NCBI GenBank assembly: GCA_964551725.1
Contig: CAZKED010000011.1
Coordinates: 1 to 33,607 of the forward strand
DNA: 33,607 bases
Direction: 5' to 3'
From: an uncultured archaeon
Lineage (GTDB): Archaea > Iainarchaeota > Iainarchaeia > Iainarchaeales > DTGL01
Part shown: piece after piece, positions 27,248-33,607 of the stretch
Layout of the letters: each line of letters begins with the position of its first letter
How positions within the stretch are numbered: the stretch's first letter is position 1
The notes under the pieces: generated by a model
Database searches by the model: none
What the model saw: the letters and a program-made list of their open reading frames with translations, nothing else
What the model was told of the DNA's origin: nothing
Translations under genes and position numbers: made by a program

Positions 27248-27570
27248 GTTTGCCCGAATTCGATGAACTGCGCGCCCAAAAAGAGGAAGCATTGAAGCAG
27301 AGGCTCATGGAACAGCAGAAGGCGGAAGCGCAGAGAATTGAAGCGGAAAAAAAAGTGGAAATGGTTCTCAGGAAAATCCTTTCCCCAGAGGCGAAATCCC
27401 GCTTGAAAAACGTAAAGCTAGTGAACCAGGAACTGTACTGGAATGCTGTCCAGCAGTTGTTCCTGTTGGTGAAGAAGGGCAGGGTGCAGGGAAAAATTTC
27501 CGACGAGCGGGTAAAGGAAATGCTTCAGCTCCTGTCCAAAAAAAGAGAGGTAAAAATAAAGAGAAGGTAA
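27244..27570 (+). CDS. PDCD5-family DNA-binding protein
   Basis: LRKILSPEAKSRLKNVKLV...KISDERVKEML; conserved position after S19e. Confidence 0.92.
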   Translation: MSLPEFDELRAQKEEALKQRLMEQQKAEAQRIEAEKKVEMVLRKILSPEAKSRLKNVKLVNQELYWNAVQQLFLLVKKGRVQGKISDERVKEMLQLLSKKREVKIKRR

Positions 27571-27575
27571 TTGCT

Positions 27576-27773
27576 ATGAGTTCAAGGAAGGAAAAGGAAC
27601 TGAAAGAATTCCTAATAAGCGAGAGAAAGAAATGCGGCTCGGGCTGGACTAACGCGCCGGTGTGGGTGATGCAGAAATCCAACAGCAGGATATGGAACCC
27701 CAAACAGAAAAGGCACTGGTCTAGAACGGAATTCGGAAAGGAATTCAGAAAAAGGAAAAAAGGAGAAAAGTGA
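27576..27773 (+). CDS. rpl39e: 50S ribosomal protein L39e
   Basis: APVWVMQKS...NPKQKRHWSRT; operon position. Confidence 0.88.
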   Translation: MSSRKEKELKEFLISERKKCGSGWTNAPVWVMQKSNSRIWNPKQKRHWSRTEFGKEFRKRKKGEK

Positions 27774-28249
27774 TGCAAATGGCCAAAGCCGTAAAAAGAA
27801 AAGGAAAAAAGGAAGAGAAAATTGAGGAAATCCCATTCACCGTTTCACTAAAGCATATTTTCAAAAAACCGAAGAAGAAGCGAGCAGTGAGCGCTGTAAA
27901 CTCGCTTCGGGCGCTCTGCGCCAAAAGAATGCATTTTTCCAGCGGAAACATCCTCCTTTCCGGCGCTGTCAATTCCCTGCTATGGGCACGCGGAAGGGAG
28001 TCGGTTCCCAGAAAAATAAAACTTAAAGCAGTAAAAGACGGCGAAAAGTTAAGAGTGTTCCTCCCGGAAGAAAAGTTTTCCCCAGAAAAAGAAAAGAAAA
28101 AGGAAGAGAAAAAAGAGAAAAAGAAAGAAGAGGGAAAGGAAAAAAAGGAATCCGCGGAGAAGGAAGAGGAAATAGAGAGGAAGAAAAAGGAAAAGAAGGA
28201 AAAGGAAATTGCCGCAGAAAAGGCGGCAATGAAGAGAAAGGTCTCATAA
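27770..28249 (+). CDS. rpl31e: 50S ribosomal protein L31e with charged tail
   Basis: FTVSLK...KRAVSAV...VNSLLWARGRESVPRKIKL. Confidence 0.9.
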   Translation: MMQMAKAVKRKGKKEEKIEEIPFTVSLKHIFKKPKKKRAVSAVNSLRALCAKRMHFSSGNILLSGAVNSLLWARGRESVPRKIKLKAVKDGEKLRVFLPEEKFSPEKEKKKEEKKEKKKEEGKEKKESAEKEEEIERKKKEKKEKEIAAEKAAMKRKVS

Positions 28250-28260
28250 GTGTTTTTTTC

Positions 28261-28923
28261 ATGAACATAGACAAGAGAACGATTAGGGCAAGCCCCTTTG
28301 TGGGAATTTTCTCGATTGTCACGGAGGAGATTGCAATAATGCCATTGGACATGGAGAAAAAGGAAGAGAAGGGCTTGGAGCAGCTGTTAGGCGTTGAGTT
28401 GGTTCGCGCCTCGCTCGCGGATTCCCCGCTCCTCGGCGTTTTGGGAAGGGGGATAGGAAAAAAATTCGTTTTTTCCGAACTGCTCTCCGATTCGGACCTC
28501 GATTCCCTGAGGGAAAAAGGTCTCTCCGTTAAAAGAATTTCCGGCGTGACAGCTCTCGGCAATCTGCTCGCAGTGAACGAGAACGGCTGCCTGTGCAGCA
28601 GGGTACTCTCCCGAGAGCAGGCAGAGGACATATCCTCCTTTTTGGGCGTTAGAGTCCTTTCCACTACCATTGCGGGCTCCGACATTGTGGGCTCCGCGGT
28701 TTGTGCAACAAAAAATGGTTTCATTGCGCACCCGCTTGCCGCAAAAAAGGAACTGGCGCTCGCAAGGGAGGCATTCGGGGTCCAAGGCATTCTAACTACA
28801 GCAAATTATGGCGACAGATTCGTTGCAAACAGTGTTGTCGCCAATTCTTTTGGAGCGATTGTTGGAAACAGGACCACAGCGCACGAGATTATAAGAATTG
28901 ACGAGGCGTTCTCTCAAAAATAA
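28261..28923 (+). CDS. eif6: Translation initiation factor 6 (aIF6)
   Basis: SPFVGIF, TALGNLLAVNENG, TTANYG, VVANSFGAIVG. Confidence 0.94.
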   Translation: MNIDKRTIRASPFVGIFSIVTEEIAIMPLDMEKKEEKGLEQLLGVELVRASLADSPLLGVLGRGIGKKFVFSELLSDSDLDSLREKGLSVKRISGVTALGNLLAVNENGCLCSRVLSREQAEDISSFLGVRVLSTTIAGSDIVGSAVCATKNGFIAHPLAAKKELALAREAFGVQGILTTANYGDRFVANSVVANSFGAIVGNRTTAHEIIRIDEAFSQK

Positions 28924-28932
28924 CTTAGGCTG

Positions 28933-29118
28933 GTGGTGAAAATGAATTTTGAAATAAAGGGAGAATTCACTTCAAGGAGCGGAATAAAAAAATTCGCCAA
29001 AACGCTCGAGGCAAAAAGCGAAAAACTCGCAAGGGAAAAGGCACTGAGCCTCTTGGGCTCGGAGCACAAAATAAAGCGCAGGTTTGTGCGCATTGAATCA
29101 GTAAACGAATTAAAATAA
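28933..29118 (+). CDS. rpl18a: 50S ribosomal protein L18Ae/LX
   Basis: AREKALSLLGSEHKIKRRFVRI. Confidence 0.9.
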   Translation: MVKMNFEIKGEFTSRSGIKKFAKTLEAKSEKLAREKALSLLGSEHKIKRRFVRIESVNELK

Positions 29119-29147
29119 TTCCGCTCTAATGTTTAGGAGGCGTAACC

Positions 29148-29606
29148 ATGACTAAAAAAAAACTGGAGGTTTCCCCGGAGCAGATGCTTTCCCTCTACCA
29201 GAACCAGCGCGCACTGCTCGACTCGATAGAGCAGCAGATTCAGACGGCGCAGGCATTCCTGCGGGAAACGACGATGGCAGAAGATGCACTTAAAGAAATA
29301 AGCGAGTCCGCGAAGGACAAAAGGGTTCTTTTTTCCGTCGGCGCCGGGGTCTTCATTGACACGAGGCTTTTGGATTCAAAAAACGTGAAAGCGGAAATAG
29401 GCGGCGGGGCATTCAAGGAAATGACAATAAAAAAGGCGATGAACAGGCTTGATGACAGGAAAGAGGACATAAGAAAAGGCTTAAAGAAACTCGCGGAAAG
29501 GGAGGAAAAAGCCCTCGCTTCACTGAAGCAAATGGAGAGCGCAATGGCAAAATTCCAGCAGCAGTTGCAGCAGAGGGAAAAGCAAGTCCCAAGCGGAGTT
29601 TCATGA
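29148..29606 (+). CDS. pfdA: Prefoldin subunit alpha
   Basis: Coiled coils flanking VLFSVGAGVF...EIGGG hairpins; position before ftsY. Confidence 0.88.
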   Translation: MTKKKLEVSPEQMLSLYQNQRALLDSIEQQIQTAQAFLRETTMAEDALKEISESAKDKRVLFSVGAGVFIDTRLLDSKNVKAEIGGGAFKEMTIKKAMNRLDDRKEDIRKGLKKLAEREEKALASLKQMESAMAKFQQQLQQREKQVPSGVS

Positions 29607-29617
29607 AGTGAACCGAA

Positions 29618-30964
29618 ATGTTCAATCTCCTAAAAGGCAAGTTGAAGTCATTCACAGAAAAACTCAAAGGCAAGGCGGAGGAAAAGCCCGCTGTTCCTGT
29701 CCCGGAACCCGAGCCAGAACCATTGCCTGAGCAAGTTCCAACCGCGGAACCAGTTCCAAAGCCAGCGCTGGAACCAGAACCCCAACCAGCGCCGGAGACC
29801 GCGGCAGAGCCAGAACCACGTCCTGAACCCGAGCAGGTTCCAGAACCGGCGGGAGAGCCAGTTGCGGAACCACGACTGGCACCGGAACCAGAACCCGCTC
29901 CAAAGCCCGAGGAACCATCGGAAGAGCCCTCGCCCGAACCTGAGTTGGAAAAAATTGAAATCCCCTCCAAAGCCCCCGGACCCGGGGAAGAGATTAAGGA
30001 AATTGAAAAGCTGCCCGAAAAAGAAATTGCCGAGCCCGCTGCTCCAGCTCCAGCGGAAGAGGAAAAAAGGGAACTGGTTGCAAGGGTGAGGAAAAGGGAA
30101 AAGTTCAAGGGCATGCTCCGCGGTTACGTGGAATTGAAAGAATCCGATGTCAGGGAACTGCTCTCAGAACTGGAGCTTTCACTGCTTGAAGCCGATGTAT
30201 CCCAGCGCACTGCCGAAGCATTCATTTCAAAAATAAGGCAGGAATTGCTCTCGAAAAAAATCCCCAAGGGCTCCGACATGCAGGAATTCCTCAATGAGGA
30301 AATTAAAAAAATCCTTTTCGATTTGACCCAGACAAAAACAATTGATTTCCTTTCCCTTGTGCGCGACTCACGGAAACCTTTCAAGATTCTTTTCCTGGGT
30401 CCAAACGGAGCGGGCAAAACAACGACAATTGCAAAACTCACGGCAATGCTCAAGGAAAAGGGCATGTCCTCAATCTGGGCTGCTTCCGACACATTCAGGG
30501 CTGCTTCAATCGAACAACTGGAAGAGCACGCCTCCTGTTTGGGCGTACGCGTCATAAAGCACAATTACGGAGCCGACCCAGCCGCAGTCGCCTTTGACGC
30601 AGTAAAGGCAGCGGAAACCGCGCGCATGGATGTTGTAATGATTGATACGGCGGGAAGGCAGGAAACAAACCGCAACCTCATCGAGGAACTGAAAAAACTG
30701 GAGCGCGTGGTAAAGCCCGACCTAAAGATTTTTGTGGGCGAAGCCTTTGCCGGCAAGAATTTGGTGGAGCAGGCGCGCGAGTTTGATTCCGCGCTTGACT
30801 TGGATGCATTCATCCTCACAAAAATCGACACCGACCCCAAGGGCGGCACAACCCTCTCGCTTTTGTTCGAACTCAAAAAGCCGATTCTTTTCCTCGGCAC
30901 GGGACAGGAGTACTCAGAAATAATTCCTTTTTCCCAGGAATTTATCATTGAAAGAATCGTGTGA
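29618..30964 (+). CDS. ftsY: SRP receptor FtsY
   Basis: Acidic Pro/Glu A-domain; [30 protein letters not shown]. Confidence 0.96.
   Translation: MFNLLKGKLKSFTEKLKGKAEEKPAVPVPEPEPEPLPEQVPTAEPVPKPALEPEPQPAPETAAEPEPRPEPEQVPEPAGEPVAEPRLAPEPEPAPKPEEPSEEPSPEPELEKIEIPSKAPGPGEEIKEIEKLPEKEIAEPAAPAPAEEEKRELVARVRKREKFKGMLRGYVELKESDVRELLSELELSLLEADVSQRTAEAFISKIRQELLSKKIPKGSDMQEFLNEEIKKILFDLTQTKTIDFLSLVRDSRKPFKILFLGPNGAGKTTTIAKLTAMLKEKGMSSIWAASDTFRAASIEQLEEHASCLGVRVIKHNYGADPAAVAFDAVKAAETARMDVVMIDTAGRQETNRNLIEELKKLERVVKPDLKIFVGEAFAGKNLVEQAREFDSALDLDAFILTKIDTDPKGGTTLSLLFELKKPILFLGTGQEYSEIIPFSQEFIIERIV
29678..29833 (+). repeat. 156-bp direct repeat, copy 2 (in the ftsY A-domain)
   Basis: 155/156 identical to 24232-24387. 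Confidence 0.95.
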
Positions 30965-30973
30965 TGCGACCGG

Positions 30974-32692
30974 CTATTTCCCTTTTTTCAGCAAGCAGAA
31001 TGCCGAAATCGCTAAACCGAGAAGAACCGCGAAGCCAAGCCACTGGAATGCCGCAACGCTCGGCACCCCCAGCACTATGAGGAATGCTAGCATGAATCCG
31101 GCAACGCCTTCCCCGCCCATTAAGCCGGTTGCCGCAAGCAATCCCTTGTGCTCAGTTGCTTTTCCCTTTTTTTTGAGGAGCGCGCTCAAAATTCCGCCGA
31201 CCGCAAGCCATATCGCCATTCCCAATCCAAGGAACATTCCTATGCCGAAAGCCATGAGCACTACAGGGGATTCTCTTTTCACTGCCCTGAAAAGTATTTC
31301 AAGGGCGAATGCGATGCCGAACCCAAAAAGGAACGCCTCCGGAAAAGCAAATCCGGCAATGCTTCCAGCAACGAGCTTTGACTGCATTGCAGGCATGAAT
31401 TCCGTGAACATCTGCTCGGGAAAAGCGCTGAGTATTACCCACAAAACAAGGGGCACAGTGATTCCTGCAACCACCGCGGTTACCGAGTCCACTGCAATAA
31501 TGTCCCTTGCCCTCGTTCCAATCACCTTGGCGCTTTTGAAGTCGTGCCCTATGTCCCCCGCTACCGCGGCAACAATGGAAACAAAGCAGACTATAAGGAA
31601 AACCGAGGCAAAAGGCAGTGGTACAAAAAATGCGGAGAAAAGCCATGTGCAAAGCAATCCAACAACTATTCCAAACTGCTCCAACGGGTCAATGTTTGTC
31701 TCGCCCGTCATCCTTGAAGCAATCGGGGTTACCACAAGGCATGACAGTACCGCAAGAACCGCTGCTAATGGATTGACGCCCGCAATCAAGAGAACGAATG
31801 CCCCGGCAAGCATTGCCGGCAGCGTTATCTTTGAATAGATTCCATTGCGCTTTGGACTGAACACTGGAGAAAAAATCCGCCTTGCGTTAGGCACTATATA
31901 TGAAACAAAAAAGCCAACTCCCGCGCCCAAAACCAAGCCCATGCCGGCTGTCTGGGTGAATGAAGTCGCGCTTTCAGCCCCCAAGCCGCTTAACATGAGC
32001 GCGGGAATAAGCAAAACCCAGCCGGCAACTGCTCCAAAAAACCAGCTGTTAATGGAGGTTTTTGGTCCGAGAATATACCCTATTCCCACTGCCAGGGGCA
32101 TTGCGTGGATTGTGAGAAAGATTCCTGCTGCTGCAAGGAATCCTATGGAGATTCCAAGGGGAATGAAGAAGTCCCTTGTCAGAGCGAAAAGGGCTGCGGC
32201 AAACCCTATTATTGCGATGAGCATTGCGCCGCGCCCGCCCGCAAGCCCCGCCTTGAGTATTTCCGCCCCAGCCATTCCCGAGGGAAAAGGCAGATTTTCC
32301 CTTTCAACAAAGGTTTCCCTCAAAGGAATTGACAAAAGAACGCCGAGCAGTCCCGCTGACACGGAAACAACCATTAGCACCGGCAGGCTTGGCAGTTCTA
32401 TTGGAATGCCCTGCTGCTGCAGGAAAACAATTCCAGGAACAGTGAATACCACGCCGCTGGCAACAAGACCGCCTATTGTTGCGCCAGACTGCGCCACGTT
32501 GATTTCGTGCAGGTTTGTTTTTTTTGTGAAAATTGAAACCCCTTTCAGTATTCCGCCGGCGGCAATCACTGAAAAAATTATGGGCCATGGCAAAGCGCTT
32601 ATCCTCAGCGCAATGTAGGACGAGGTTGTTGCGAGAAAGATTGTGAGAGCGATTGCAACAACGATTGCCCTTAGAGTCAGCCCTCTTTCCAT
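30974..32692 (-). CDS. OPT/YSL family oligopeptide transporter
   Basis: LTLRAI, EINVAQ, LPFPSGMAGAE, GETNIDP, DFKSAKVIGT, PAMQSKL, GLMGGEG; start MERGLTL at 32692. Confidence 0.85.
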   Translation of the reverse strand: MERGLTLRAIVVAIALTIFLATTSSYIALRISALPWPIIFSVIAAGGILKGVSIFTKKTNLHEINVAQSGATIGGLVASGVVFTVPGIVFLQQQGIPIELPSLPVLMVVSVSAGLLGVLLSIPLRETFVERENLPFPSGMAGAEILKAGLAGGRGAMLIAIIGFAAALFALTRDFFIPLGISIGFLAAAGIFLTIHAMPLAVGIGYILGPKTSINSWFFGAVAGWVLLIPALMLSGLGAESATSFTQTAGMGLVLGAGVGFFVSYIVPNARRIFSPVFSPKRNGIYSKITLPAMLAGAFVLLIAGVNPLAAVLAVLSCLVVTPIASRMTGETNIDPLEQFGIVVGLLCTWLFSAFFVPLPFASVFLIVCFVSIVAAVAGDIGHDFKSAKVIGTRARDIIAVDSVTAVVAGITVPLVLWVILSAFPEQMFTEFMPAMQSKLVAGSIAGFAFPEAFLFGFGIAFALEILFRAVKRESPVVLMAFGIGMFLGLGMAIWLAVGGILSALLKKKGKATEHKGLLAATGLMGGEGVAGFMLAFLIVLGVPSVAAFQWLGFAVLLGLAISAFCLLKKGK

Positions 32693-32839
32693 TCGTTCAC
32701 CTTTTTTTTCCGCGTGAACCACTTGAATTGAAAAAGGAATAAAAATCTTGCCCCGTGAAAAGAGCACGTTTTTTGCCGTATTTCCGCCCTCCCCCAAACC
32801 CCCTTTTAAAACCTTTTGAGCGCAATTAATTGTGATAAA

Positions 32840-33607
32840 ATGGTTCTCGGAGAGAAGCTAAGGAGTGCAATGGAGCGCTTGCGCACTGCGGCCCTGCTTG
32901 ACAAGGGCACAATAAGGGAAGCAATAAAAGACATTCAGCGCGCACTAATTGCCGCGGACGTAGACATCAACCTGGTTGGAAACCTGAGCAGCGAAATAGA
33001 AAAGCGCGCCCTTGAAAAGCCTCCAGCAGGAATTTCGAGGAGAGAGTTCACAATAAAGAAAACCCACGATTTGCTTGCCGAACTTTTGGGCGGTCATCAC
33101 TCCCCGCCGCAGAAGCCAAGGAGAATTTTGCTTCTCGGATTGTTCGGACAGGGAAAATGCATTGATGGAAAAAGCAAGATAACATTAAGTGATGGAAGAA
33201 TTGAAGAAATAGAAAAAATTTTTGGGGAATACTCTGACAGAAAGGCAAGGGAGAGAGACGGTTTTAGAATTCCATTGAGCGGAGAACTAAGCGTTCCCTC
33301 TCTAAACCCAAAAACACTGCTTGTTGAGAACAAGGAAGTCGAAGCAATCTGGAAGCTAAAGAAAAGAGACTGCTTAATTGAGGTTTCTGTTGACAATGGA
33401 AACAACCAAAAAATAAAAGTTACCCCGGAGCACCCCTTCTTTGTGCTGGAGGGGGGAGTTGTCAAACAGGTAAGAGCAGACAGGTTAAAAGAGGGCAATT
33501 TTATTGCAATGCCGTATTCTTTGCCGAATTTGGCAAAAAGAGACATTGACTTAACCAAAGAAATAGAAAAGCTCGAGTTAAGAGTTTTGGATGATTTTGG
33601 CTTAAGG
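32840..33607 (+). CDS. srp54: Signal recognition particle protein SRP54, 5' part, intein-containing (runs off window)
   Basis: MVLGEKLRSAMERL...IKDIQRALIAADVD...ILLLGLFGQGK; frame open to the window end. Confidence 0.92.
   Translation, partial: MVLGEKLRSAMERLRTAALLDKGTIREAIKDIQRALIAADVDINLVGNLSSEIEKRALEKPPAGISRREFTIKKTHDLLAELLGGHHSPPQKPRRILLLGLFGQGKCIDGKSKITLSDGRIEEIEKIFGEYSDRKARERDGFRIPLSGELSVPSLNPKTLLVENKEVEAIWKLKKRDCLIEVSVDNGNNQKIKVTPEHPFFVLEGGVVKQVRADRLKEGNFIAMPYSLPNLAKRDIDLTKEIEKLELRVLDDFGLR
33158..33607 (+). mobile_element. Intein, N-terminal part, inserted in the SRP54 P-loop
   Basis: After GQGK the expected TT is replaced by block A CIDGKSKITLSDG; block B IKVTPEHPFFV and VRADRLKEGNFIAMP follow. 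Confidence 0.92.

Noticed and set aside
24232-29833. Diversity-generating retroelement template/variable repeat pair
   Set aside because: No reverse transcriptase in the window, and the single difference is G/T rather than adenine-specific.
1-33607. CRISPR array, rRNA or RNase P RNA
   Set aside because: No regularly spaced repeat-spacer units and no rRNA signature; the AGGAAAGTC near 26420 lacks the rest of the RNase P core.

Overview
Archaeal chromosomal window, most likely DPANN (Iainarchaeota/Diapherotrites-like; inferred from gene content, not measured). It is mostly housekeeping: tfe, trm56, serS, three tRNAs, tpiA, SRP RNA, radA, rpa, GGGP synthase, ribD, the S19e-PDCD5-L39e-L31e-aIF6-LX-prefoldin-ftsY operon, and srp54. 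The first 6.3 kb stands out. A XerA recombinase gene is surrounded by about nine copies of a Xer-like half-site (TTATGTATAAG), including one complete dif-like 11-6-11 site. Two copies form a 13-bp direct repeat around a 960-bp module that carries a LAGLIDADG endonuclease gene, whose stop codon lies inside the site, and a ~90-nt structured RNA candidate with its own promoter. Other notable items: a tRNA-Lys(UUU) with two introns whose BHB motifs compete; an intein in the P-loop of SRP54, a gene missed by the ORF track; a 156-bp in-frame segment 155/156 identical between FtsY and an unrelated GH15-like protein; a long RelA-type (p)ppGpp synthetase with a degenerate hydrolase domain; an HPF-like gene; and a frameshifted second LAGLIDADG gene. 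All calls come from reading the sequence by eye, and no searches were run.
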